Part shown: positions 20,501-32,332 of the stretch, one piece after another
How the letters are laid out: each line of letters opens with the position of its first letter
How positions within the stretch are numbered: the first letter of the stretch is position 1
Source: Balamuthia mandrillaris
Lineage: Eukaryota
Assembly (NCBI GenBank): GCA_031835245.2
Contig: JAVKOQ020000115.1
Coordinates: 124,001-163,400, forward strand
Direction of reading: 5' to 3'
Length of the DNA stretch: 39,400 bases
Notes under the pieces: generated by a model
What the model saw: only the letters and a program-made list of their open reading frames with translations
What the model was told of the DNA's origin: nothing
Database searches by the model: none
Program-made: the position numbers and the translations under genes

Positions 20501-23500
20501 GGAGAGAAATCGGAGGAAGCAGAGCGAGAAGGAAGCTGCGCGAGAGCTTCCTTGAAGGACTTGGCAGAGCTCTCTCCAGCTAGAAGCGTGGAGGAGGGGC
20601 TAGTGGAAGTAGCGTCCAAAATGGTCATGAACATGTGAAGCAGTTGTGTTCGTGTCTCCACGTTGGCAGATAAGTTCAGGAAGAGACGATGAAGAAGAGT
20701 CTTGGCCAAAGGTTTGGCCAAGTACAACAAGCGCACGAGAGCAACCAAGTCCTCTTTCTCCACGACGGGCTTGCCCTTCAGGTCAAGGAAAGGCATGGGG
20801 GCACGTCTTCTGGCGGAACTGGCTTCTTCTTCCTCTGAGTCGGAATCGGAGGAGTCATCTCTTTGGGCGCTTGATAGTCCGATGACCCGAGTAGGGCGAC
20901 CTCTGTCTCTACCCCATAAGCCTCCGCGACGGGCTCCCCGATTTTGGTATTCTCGATAGGCGCGTTCTCTGTATTTCAAAAAAAAAAAATATATCATTGG
21001 CAAAAGAAAGCACGGAAAAGCAAATTAAAGTAAGACGTACCTCAATGCATTGGCTTCGGCCACAATCTCTGGGGGCAGTTGGCCCAATACAGAATCATCC
21101 TGAGACATGAGAATGTCAGCGCGCAAGTCAGGGCTGAGTGTTGCCAAAAAGTCGGCTGTGGACATGGCTTCTGCCCGTGAGGTGTCTGCTTGTCTAGCCA
21201 TTCTTTCCTGCAACAACCTTTGCTGTTCTTGCTGCAAAACTTCCATTTGGATGTCCGGAGGCAATGCCGCAATAAAATCAGGACTGATGGTGCTGGTTGA
21301 TACACCAGATGAAACTCCTGTTGAGCTTCCTTGACTACTGGAAGATCCGGCCGAGGAAAGGGATGGTGAAGAAGAGGCAGACCTAGAAGAGGTGTCCCCA
21401 GTGGGGACGGTGGAGGAACTAACATGACTAGAAGCGGAAAGAGTAGTGCTAGAAGAGGCAGGAGGAGAAGAAGGAGAAGAAGAAGATGTAGAGCTGGAGA
21501 CAGAAGCGGGTTCCTGTGGTGTTTGGCTAGTGGTTGAAGGAGTACTCGACTCAGAGGGCTGGCCGGGTGAGCCAGAGCTGCTGGTAGTAGACAATGTAGG
21601 AGTAGACGAGGTGCTTTGTTGGGCAGAACCTAGCATGCCCCAATAGTTGGAAGAGGAGGCTTGCGAGATGTGAGTTGCCAGGACTTCAGCCCTTAGCTCT
21701 TCTGGCAAGGCAGCAAGGAACGCAGGATCAATGCCTGGAATTTCCTCCGTGGCAGCCGCTGTAGCCGAAGGCGGCGCAGCAGGAGCTTGAATTGAAGTTT
21801 CTGGAGTGTAACTCTCTTCACGGAGAGATTCTTCCGTTGTAGCAGGTTGAGGAGCTCCTGCATCGGTTCCTGCTTCTTCTGTTGTGGAAGTAGTTCTTGC
21901 TTCGGTCCGTGTTTGTTCTGCAGTGCTACCTTGTGGTTCAGTACTAGCAGCTCCTTCTTGACCCGTAGTTGCGCTGGCTTCCACAGCAGTACCTAACTCC
22001 TGCTCAGCGGTTGCCTGTGAAGTAGTAGTGGAAGAAGGCTCGCTTTGGAGGGTCTGTTCGGAGGCCATCGAAGAAGAGCCTTCAGCAGTGCCTTCTTGTG
22101 TAGCACTTTCTCCTTTCTCTTTCTTCTCGGCTGCTTTCTCAGCCTTCTGTGTCGCTGCAGCAGCTGCCGCTTTCTCTTTCTCCGCCTTCTGAGCGTTCTC
22201 CTTTGCCAAGTGTTCACGCATGCTGACCGGACGGAGGCTTTCAACAAGCAAGCGCTCGCAGGACTCTGCGAACTCTCTCATGTTGGCTGTCTCACTTTCC
22301 TCCGCCATTTGTCGAGTTCGTCGACCAGCTGAGCGACCAGATCCTCTCAAGGTGGCTCTTCTGAGAAGACGACGGACTTCGTCCTCCATGGGGCTGCCTC
22401 GAAGAGCAGGATTCAACAGGGAGCTGAGACCCTCAGCAAAGACATCCTGAATAGCTCCTCCTGCGATCATTTGCAAGAGAGGATGCCTCACAGTCTCCGA
22501 TGCTGTTTCTCCGGTGGAAAGGGCGTTGAAGTTGAAACGGGTGGCGGGGACACGGCTGCGACCTCCCAAAACTCTGCCTGGCCTTGGCGGAATGGAGCCG
22601 CCCAGAATATCCTCAACAGGCAAAGACCAGGTGGCAACAGTGCCTTCTCCATCGGCAGCTTCCAACTGGATTTCCATCCCTCCAAATGCGGGTTCTTGGC
22701 CCTCTCCTTCGTCAAAGTCATACCAACCGTCACCTTCGTCTTCGCCTTCGTCTTCATCGTATTCTTCTTCATCTTCGTCCTCTTCGACAGATTCATCGTC
22801 TTCTGCATCTCCTTCTATGTCCTCTTCCACTTCGCCACCTTCTTGATCTTCATCTTCACTATCCTCATGATGATGTTCTTCCTCATCTTCTTCTTCGCTG
22901 ACGTCATCTTCCTCGACCAACCCCCCTCCTGGGGGAATGCCTTCTTGAACGAAGCCCATTGCGAGCTGCATGATAGAAGCAAGTGAAGGAGGAGCTCCAC
23001 CACCTAATTGATCCTCTTCTTCACCACCACCAGCAGCTGCTTCATGGAAGCGGTGCATCATTTGGTGCATCATATCTTCAGCTGCACTTCTCCCTTCAGT
23101 TCTTGTTTCTTCTTCTTCTGCAACTGCACCCTCCGCAGCAGGTTGACCAATCTCGGGTGCAGATGTGGTTTGGGAGGAGGGCTCTGCATTGGCAGCGGTG
23201 GTTTGTTGGGAGCTGTTTGCCGCAGTGGACTTGGGTGGCAACACAGCAGTAATCCTAGTGAGAATTTCAAGGGGCCTTATAACTGCATTCACCAATTTGG
23301 GGGCGTGTGGATGGTTGAGGTTAACCACCCGCAGAGAGCTGGTCAGCAGCTTGATGATGTTGCCTTCCATCAATAACTTGGAGATCTCTGCAAGGAAGCC
23401 GGTGGAAGGATTTCTCGCGGCAGTAGACGTCAGCAGCACATACAAGAACTCCACAAGAGCATGGATGGTATAAGGATAGGAGTGGTGGTCGGCAGCGGCG

Positions 23501-26500
23501 TTGCTCTTGAACTTTTCGACTTCAGTTTTAAGGGCACCAAGCAACTCTGATACGATTCTTCGCTTGCCTTCCGGTCTCTGGGTCAGCGACAACAGTATGC
23601 TGCAACCAGAAGCGTTGAATCGTTGATGATTGGCGATGGACTCGTCTGCTAGAGTAGGCAATTGGCTCTTAATCTCTTGAGAAAGGAGATGGGTGAGGAT
23701 GTGACCGATGAAAGTAGGCTTGTTCGCATCGTAACCCTCTGCTAGTAAGGAAGCGTCTTTATCTTCAGTTTCTTTCTCTTTGCCTTTGTTTTTTCCTTTA
23801 GCCTTGCCCTTGCCCTTGCTGGTTGGCTTGTGCTTGGGAGTGCAGCCGTAGCGCATAATTACATTGCAACAAGGCGGATAAGCGGTGATGAAGTTGGTCA
23901 AAAAACGGATGATCTCAGCGCTGGTTAAGGTGGGCTTGTTCGCTTGTTCCACAACGTCCATTGAGGCATCTTTGCCTTCGGAAATACTTTCCACTGGCTT
24001 ATCGGCGGCATCTAAAGCAGGCTCGTTGACTTCCTTCTCCTCTTTGGGGGACGACACCACAAAGAGTGCGTTGATCAATTCTGTTACCACTTGTACTAGC
24101 GAATTCGGAGTGCGCTTCTTGGGCTTGGCCGGGTCGGTTCCCTTACGAGGAGTACCCCTCGGGGTAGTGGGGGTGGTGGCCGCTGTTGGCGTTGTCGTCG
24201 AAGTTGCCAATTCCATCGTTGTTGAAGTGGTAGATTTGGTGGAGGGAGTGGAGGGCTCCGCAAGAACCAACGCAACACGATTCAGAGGAACACCAGGCTT
24301 CGGGTCCTTAAGACGAAGAACCGCCTTGGAGGCACGAAGGAAGACATCCAGCTCTCGGCAGACCAAAGGGGCAACCGCTTGCAGAAAGTTTTTGGGTTTG
24401 ATGAGGGCGGTGCTGGGGGTTCTGCCCATTTGGGTCGCCATATTGTTGAAGGTTGATTTGATTTCATTCTCCATGGCACTCTGCAGGAGACTTGGCTCTT
24501 CCAACAGATGGCGAAGAATGGTTTCGATCAAGGCGGTTCGCCCTTGGAATTGAATGTTGGTTGGTAGGGAGATAAGAAGAGGCAGACCACCAAGCTTCAA
24601 GAAACGCAGGGCCAAATCATACTCGCGCGTGAGACGCGAACATAACTGCAGTACGGCTTGGGTTGTCTCTTGGGTTTTAGCGATTTGAAGCAGACGCACG
24701 CACACCTAAGAGCAAAAGAATAAGATAGACGGAAGTAAAGGTTTTTAGCATAATTTTAAAGAAAGGCAGGCTTACCTCGATGGCGTTGGTGCGGTCTTCC
24801 ACCGAAAGAAAGGTCGGCACCTCAGTGGGGGTTACTCGGAGCTCTCTCTCTAATGCTTCCTCCTCCTTGGCTTTCTTGCCTTGTTCATCAAGCTCCATTG
24901 TGGCAGTCGATGAGGTTTCTTTCTTTTGCTCTTCCTCTGGCGTTAGCTCTTTGTAGATGATGGAGGTCGGAGTATGGCACAAAGCATCCACAGCCAACAA
25001 AACTGGGCTCAACCATTTTGGCTCAGTACTGTTCTCCTTCGAATCTTCTTTCTTTTTCACTTCCACAGCACCACGCAGCATTTCCAAAAACGAAGCAACT
25101 ACGCCACTCTCTGCTACCTTCTGTCGCGTAAGAGGATACTCAACCAGCATCAGCGTCAGCACGTGCGTCAGCTGGTAAATGGCATCCACAGAGGGCGTAG
25201 GGTCGCCTTGGGCCGCTTTGATGTGCGTCAACAAACCAGATATCACTTCATTTCGTTCTTCGTCCTTCTTGCAAGAAGAGCCAAGCACGCTAGAAATGGT
25301 AAAGGATAAGGTCGTGTCTGCCTTACCAATCAAATCCAGACATCTAGTCAGCATGTCCCGTCTGAGTTTTTTATACTGCTCCTTGATGTCAATTTCTTCC
25401 ACCTTCTTCTCCTTGTCCTCCTCCGCCTTGCTGGTCTGCTGTGGGGAACCCATCTCCTGGCCGAGCGACATAGCGAGGGCCGCCGCCAGTTCGTCATCTT
25501 CTTCCATGGCGGAGGTGTCTTCCGAGGGAGAGGCAGATTCAGTGGGCGGAGGATTGGCAAACAACCATTCGGTGGCAAGCTCAACACTGTTACTTCCAAT
25601 TTGGCGTAAGGCCTCCTCTGCATGCGCAGCAGGGAATCCCATCTCGGTGAGGCTCATCACCGCTTGAGGATCGGGTTGGAAGGATGGTTTCTTGGCGGCT
25701 GCAACAGGCGCTTGAGGGGCTGCGCCGAGCTCTTCGAAGGAAAGAATGCTGTTGATGCAAGAGAGAACGTTTCCGATGAAACGTGATGGGAAATGAGGGA
25801 AGAACTCGCTGTTCCAAAGAGGCAAGATGGAAACAAGAAGTTGCTCGTGAATGCTACGCAAGAATGTATGAGGATCAAAAGGTCCCTTCTCTCCAGGAAG
25901 ATTGCGTGTGAGCATTTCTTCGGTTACGTCTGATCCCAACAACATGTGTCCAGAAGTGAGGTATTTGATGAAGGTGCCAAAAGTCAACAGAGCCGCTTTC
26001 ACTATCTTCATTTCCACTTTCACCTTTTCCTCTCCTGGTGGGTTGGTAGTCGTCGATGGCTTAGAGGAAGTTGCTTCGAGTTCAGCCTTGTCCTTGCCTT
26101 TGCCCTCATTCCCTTTGATCTGCAAAGCTTCTTCTGCAAGCTCCTGTTTGCGAAGGTCCATGTACTTGGCGGTCGTCCACTCAAAGGCTTTGAGGAAGTG
26201 GGGAAGAGCATCTACGTGCTTGAAGGCGTGAAGGAGAAGAGTATGAGTTACTTGTTTCTGCTCATGGAAGAGCAAAGAGCGAAGTTCTCCGATGACGCTT
26301 CCCAGGTAGGCGCTCTTAACGACTGCCTGGTGTTCGTCTTCCTCAAAACCTTTCGGCGTCCACACAATGTGGTCCAAAAGGATTTTGGCCAGAGTTTGGA
26401 CAATACCCAAAACGATTTTATCCTCGCTCCTTCGGGAGGGTAGCGCCAGAACCTTGGCCAGCGACTGCGACAGAGAGTGGATGCTAGAAATAAGATGGAT

Positions 26501-29500
26501 AGAGACGGCCTTAGTCTTGTGCTTCTCCTTCTTGGCTCTCTTTGCAGCCTCGTCCTCAGCTGATGTCGATTGCCCTTGCGCTGCTGCATCACTGTCACCG
26601 GTTTCTGTCTCGGCGGCCTCTTCTTCCTCTTCTTCCGTAGCCACAAGAGTCGAACTTGCCCCGCCTTCAGAACTTCCAGCCTCTAATTCCATAGCAGAGG
26701 CCTCTTTCTCCTTTTGGCGCTCTCCGTAGCTGACGCTGGCAATCTCCCAAAGGATGCATCTCTGTAGCTGACCCATGGCAAGACAGACAGCGATTCCGTT
26801 TCCTGTCGTCCATTCAGACAGGCTGGCGAAGGGTGAGTGAGAAAGTCCGTTGGGGTCGCGAACCAGATCGGAGAGAACGCTTGCATAACAGTCCATGCTG
26901 CGTAGGGCGGCAATTAGCTGAGGATCATCTATAAATGTTTAAAACCAGAGTATTGGCAATTCTTTCTCAGTGAAACAGTTGAACAAAAAAAAAGATGGTG
27001 ATGAATAGAAGAGAAAGCGGTACCGTGCTCTTGTATAAAGCCAGAGCCTTCACGCCAAGTTGGATGAAGTGCGTCTAATGCCTCAAACTGAACGTGCATA
27101 CTGTTCAAAACGGATCTCACCAAGCGAGCAGAATGGTTTGCCGACAAAGCGCGAAGAGAGACAGTGAGGTAGTGAGCCGCTTGGCTACTGGGAAACGATG
27201 GTGAGAGCGAGGGCAGTCTAAATAACCTCAGCAAATGCTCAAGGCCTTTGCTGTTAATGAACAGCCGTCCGTGTTCGTTGTTGGCGAGGAATTGTTCCAA
27301 AAATCTGCCAATGTTATCGATGTAGGAGGGGAGTGCAGATTGGTCTTTGTCCTCTTTGGCCAGCTCTTCAGTAGATGCAGTTTGCTTCTCAGTTTGCATT
27401 TGTCCCCCTTCTTCGCTCTCTACAGTTTCTTCTTGTTTTTCATCCTTTTTGGTGGAAGACCTTTGCTTCCCTTTCTTCTGCTTCTTCTGCTCCTCCAGCT
27501 TCTCTTCGGCCTCCCAATCGATGCCTCCAATGGAGCAAACCTCCTTCAATATGTTGACAACAGCATTTACCGCCAATGGCCTAAGCGCGGTATGGTGACG
27601 GGAAAGCTCGTCCATTCCAGATCCAAGCACGGAAGCGGTGTCTCCTTTCCTGAGTACAGTAGCATATTTCTTGCGGATGAAGAGAGATAAAAGGGTGTCC
27701 ACCACTTGGCTGTCTTTGACCAAAGCCAAGCCTTTCTCGTGCAAGCAGATAGAACTTAACACGGCAGGAATAGTGGTGATAATCTGAAAGTGCGAACCAC
27801 TCTATAAGTCAGACAGTAAAAGAAAGGGAGGGAAAAATCTTCACATATGGGTGGAGGATGATTTACCATAGAAGAGACAGGGATGTCCGTCTTGATGAAC
27901 TCAATAATTTGATCGGGAAGAGTGGTCTCTTTCAGTTGAGGAAAACGAGTGGGATCGTTATTCAGGATACGGGATGTTATCGTCAAAGCTGCGAATGAAA
28001 AAGATAAAGTAAGTTGTATGTTCTCTCGAATGTTACCTCAGGACACCGAACGTACCCAGAGAGAACAGTGTTTCGCCAAACACGTCGTAATGCTTCAAGA
28101 CATAACAGAGAGAAACTGGAAACGGCCCTTCCGTTAGACCTGTTAACCGAGTAGCACTTCGCCGCCCACCATCAGAAAACAGTGCAAAAACCCGCAACAA
28201 GGTTGAGAGAAAAGAAATTGTGGTGGAGGGCAGTTGGGTTCCTACTTGAACAGTTAGAAATACAAAGGAGAGAGGAAAGAGATCAGAGGCAAAAAGAATA
28301 ATAACAATTTTAAAACAAAAAACAAGAGGACTGCAAGATACCTGGAGCAGCGGATGTTGATGCAGATTCCACTTTCTGTTTGCCTTTGTCTTTTTCATCA
28401 GGTTCGAGTAGCATTGCCTCCTCTGTCTGTTTCGGTCGGTTCTCGATTCGCGCAATTTCTTGATTGAAGCGATCGATAAGAGCCTCCAAGCCACCCAAGT
28501 CTCGGAAGAGGGCACGAACGTTGCTGCTGCTGGCGTTGTTTGAAACAAAGCTTTCCAGCATGTTGAGATATTGCAACACAATGGGGAGGTGATTTGAGTC
28601 TGGATGCCGCAGCAGAGGCAGCAACGACCCAATCATTCCAGATGTACTTAAGGCAGCAGCGCCTTCAGGGGTGGCCACCAGAGAAGATACGAAAGAGAAA
28701 AGGGCCTCCACAAACGCAATGGTGAAGACAGGGTGCTGAATGGAACTGGTTAGTGTGGCCACGCTCTTGTTGACCATGGAGGGAATATCTCCGTGGTGCT
28801 GAGCGCTGCCTGTGGCGGCAATGAGCTTTGGCAAACTGGTGCGGTCCATAATGGTGGCGTGAAGGGCGTTGATGGCTAAGGTCCTAAACTCCGTTGGAAT
28901 GCCGGAGGTCTCAGTACGAACGAGCTCCACAAGCTCAGAGATGTATTCAGGCTGTTGAAGGAAAAATGTGTTGAGAAGATTCGCGTCTACTTGAGCTTGA
29001 GCTAAAACGGTAAAGGCCAATAGCTGTATCCGAAGCATGTTTCTGCGTTGATCCACAGAAGGAAATGACCTGGCTACGCGAATGCGTTGCAGCAAAGAGA
29101 AGTGAAGGTCATCTGGGACACGGTACTTAGTCACCAGCTCCTCCAATACGGTTAGATCGCTCTCCTCGAAACGGTGCATGTTAAGGATGTGAATGGCAGT
29201 TTGTCCGGGATGAGGAAAACCCAGAGCCAATCTCCTTGATGCTTTCTGTCGTTCTCGTTCTTTCTTTTCTTCCGCCTCTTTCGCTCGTGTCTCCTTCTCA
29301 CTATCTGCTTGAGGACTTTCGGATGTGATGCCAGAAGGTTGGGTCTCGTTTGTTGTTGTAGTTTCTTGAGAAGTTTTGTTCTTTTCCAAGATTTTTTCCA
29401 ACTCGGTTTTTTTGTTGGCAATGTCTGCCTCGTCAGTATAGAACTCGAAATTAAGGCTAGCACCAGTGGATAACTAACGGTGAAAAAGTTGGTCAGCATA

Positions 29501-30483
29501 CCGTCAGTCAGAATTAACGAAAGTTCATAGTAAAGTCCAGTACCTTTGATGTAACATCAGAGTTGCTGCAACAGTAGAGCAAACCAAGGCCGTCTTCTCT
29601 CCCTCCCCATCCTTGAGCTAGCTGAAATAACATAGATCCGAACGTAGGATCAGCAGTAATTTGAGTTGTGATGCGAGTGCGATGCCTAGAAACCAGTGTT
29701 GTGAGAGCTTGAAGGCCACACACCGCAAGCTCCGAGTCTGGGAAGCGAAGCAGAGGCACCAGTCTCTCCACCGAGTTGTAGAGGTACTTGTTTGAACAGT
29801 TACCGAGGATCTTCGTTGTGAATTTTACGACAGCAATCACCAAATCTCGAGGAAAGGAACTGTCGCACAAGTATGAGTGTTGTACAAGGTTAGTGGAAGC
29901 AGAGAGAGAGAGAGAGAGGAGAGAGAGAGGAGAGAGAGGGAGAGAGAGAGAAGGAACCAAAGTATACTCACTCTTTTGGAATAGGAACGGCCACCACAGT
30001 TTCGTTTGGTGCTACAAAATGAACAGGCTTCAAGCTATCCGCAAGCACATCGTCGAAACGGTTTAGCACAGCTATCCATTGGTGGATGTCTCCCTAGAAA
30101 AATAAATAAATGACTCTGAAAGTCAGAAATAGAAAACTCTCTCCGCGGAAGAAAGAGGAAAGAGAGAGAGAGAGACAGATGTCGACAAAGACAAACAAAG
30201 CACAGAAACATCAAAGCAAAGGGGAAGAAAGCAAAGGGTAAAGAACCTCACTAAAAGCCCATTCGGTGTCATTCAAGGTACGCAACTTATCTAAGAGCTC
30301 CGCATCTGTACAATTGGTTAGGCTTATAGCTATATCGTTCTGGTAGTTGCAGAAGTGAGTGAGAAAATTGGAGTGTGGGGATTTATCATTTTTTTGGTAG
30401 GTTTTGTTTGAAAAAGGGTAATAAAGCGTGCGCTTACGAACCGTAACTTCGGTTGTGGTAGATTTCTTTGCTTTGATGTGCAT
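17588..30483 (-). CDS. HUWE1: HUWE1/TOM1/UPL1-type HECT E3 ubiquitin ligase (~3,800-3,900 aa, multi-exon)
   Basis: N-terminal GDIHQWIAVLNRFD and NCSNKYLYNSVERL (DUF908/913 ARM region), UBA (LTEMGF..AEEALRQIGSNSVELATEWLF), UIM (DDELAAALAMSL), acidic tract, UBM/DUF4414 repeats (IDPAFLAALPEELRAEVL), and a HECT domain ending LPSAHTCFNQLDLP..EGFGFV*. Confidence 0.96.
18857..19003. repeat. (AAG)n/(AAGAAC)n compound microsatellite in the last HUWE1 intron (18816-19015)
   Basis: Direct reading; removing the intron joins ENYR|HLLNEL in frame. Confidence 0.92.
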
Positions 30484-30773
30484 ATTATTGTTCGTTCAGC
30501 GCAACTCTAACAGAGGGAGGAGAAGGCCAAAGGAGAAAAAGCGTAGTGTAGCACAAAGAGAAACAAAATAAATCCAAACACAAGAAGATGCGCGCGTGAT
30601 GGTGTCGTTGAGTGTAAACAAACACAGATAAAACTGAAAGGAACGAAACCAGAAATAAAAACAGTAATAACAACGCGCTCCAAACTTCAGAACTGAAGAA
30701 GAAACCTCTGCGCGCTCTCTTTCAGTTTTTTTTTTCACTTCTTTTTTGCGACTGTTTTTTTTAGTGTGTTTAA

Positions 30774-30908
30774 GAAATGCCCCCTCAGTGATTTAGATCA
30801 AAGTTCATTCGATTTGATTTACAATTTGACACGAAATTTCTCTGTCAATGGTAAATCAAACTCTCGATTACGCCAAAATTCCCAACACGGGAAATCTGAA
30901 GGGCATTC
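30774..30908. other. Nested imperfect inverted repeat / long hairpin in the CHMP6-HUWE1 intergenic region
   Basis: Inner arms TTTGATTTAC(30813-22)/GTAAATCAAA(30851-60) and TTGACA/TGTCAA flank the palindrome GAAATTTC; outer arms AATGCCC..TCAG..ATTT / AAAT CTGA..GGGCATT. Confidence 0.6.
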
Positions 30909-31016
30909 CGGCCACCCGCAACATCATGGGCATGTGGCCAAAGAGAAGGGGAAAAAAGAACCTCACGTGTATGCATGTACAATTTTAATGGAATGGAGAA
31001 GGAGAAAACATAGGCC

Positions 31017-32065
31017 TCAACTTGCAGCAAGCATAACTTTCTCCTTGGGTTCCCCTAAGAAGAGCAAAAACATAATGAACATGTGCATAAACTCATCAAA
31101 AGAAAAGAGCAAGGTACCTTTGGTTGTTTGCTTTGGTTCTGGTGTTTGTACCTTTTCGTCGGGACGTGTTACTGGCGATGTCTGCGGAACTTCCGGCAGC
31201 CCATGCAAGGCCTCTTCCTTTTGTAGAGCCTCCAGTTCCAACTCGATGTCCTCCTCGTCCTCCTTTGTTAGATGAGAGCCAAGCATTTGTTCGATGTCCT
31301 ATTATTGATAGGCAGCCACATCGGTGTCCGTGTCAGCAACAAGAAGACAAGAGAAAGAGTGAAGAAGAAGGAAGAAAGCAGAAAGAAATAAGGACGACAA
31401 GGACAGCAACAGGGAAAAGACGATAGAATACTCACCCGTTGGGTTTCAAGAGCCTCTTGTGTCTCAGACAAAAGGTCTTCCACTGCTTCCACGCTCATCA
31501 CGCGATGTATCTGCTCCAGGGCAGCATTGCCAGCCTTCAAGCTGGCAAAAACTTTCTGTTCCAACTGTGCAAACTCCAGAGAGTCCACCTTCATAACAAA
31601 CACGAAACAACAAACAAAGAGTCTGTTTCAGCATGTGATCACCACAGCAAGCAAACGGACAAAAAAAAAAGAGAAAGGAACGGAGGTAAAACCATTTCTT
31701 GTATGTTTTGCAGCTGCCGTTCGGACTTTTCAAGAAGGCTCTGCTGGTAGCGTTTGGTTTTGAGAGCCAACAAGGCCTTTTGCCGTTTGTCCTGCTTCAA
31801 CAATGCTAGGGCTATTTCTTGTTCCCTTAGTATCATTCCTTCCAGCTGTTTAACCAAACAAACACAAAAACTTCATCAAAAACCTTGCTCTAACAAAAAA
31901 AGAGTGGGGAGGGTGAAATAGGCCTACTTTGGTCTGATAGGCATGCAGCTTGTCTCTTTGGACCTTGAGGTCCAGCACAGCAATGTCGTGACGACTAACG
32001 CTCACCCCATTTGCCTGTGTCCTGCCATTCTTGGCGGAGCCAAGAGAGGAAAACAGGCCTCCCAT
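31017..32065 (-). CDS. CHMP6: ESCRT-III subunit CHMP6/Vps20, 5 exons
   Basis: N-myristoylation start MGGLFS, DIAVLDLKVQRDKL, KALLALKTKRYQQSLL, SLEFAQLEQKVFASLKAGNAAL, MIM2-like LPEVP. Confidence 0.94.
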
Positions 32066-32332
32066 AGTTGTTATTTTTCTTTTGGTGGTCGGTGGGCAAG
32101 CTGCCCGGCGGGCTTGCTGGTGATAAGGGCCTTTTCCGTTCTCCCGCTGTCCTCTCTCCAATCCTCTCTCACGTCTGTGTCGACACCACTTGAGGGGCAG
32201 TTAGAATAGTTGGGAACAAAAAAGGGAAATTCTACCCCTCAGGTCAAATTAAGGAGAGCAGCATACGTGGGCCGTGGCGAAGACAAAAAAGAAAAGGGCT
32301 AGCAGCGTATCGGACAGGAGCAAAGGGCAGCG

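Noticed and set aside
30788..30899. Possible C/D-box snoRNA (GTGATTT ... CTGA with terminal stem)
   Set aside because: Box C deviates from RUGAUGA and no rRNA-complementary guide could be identified; kept only as the hairpin finding
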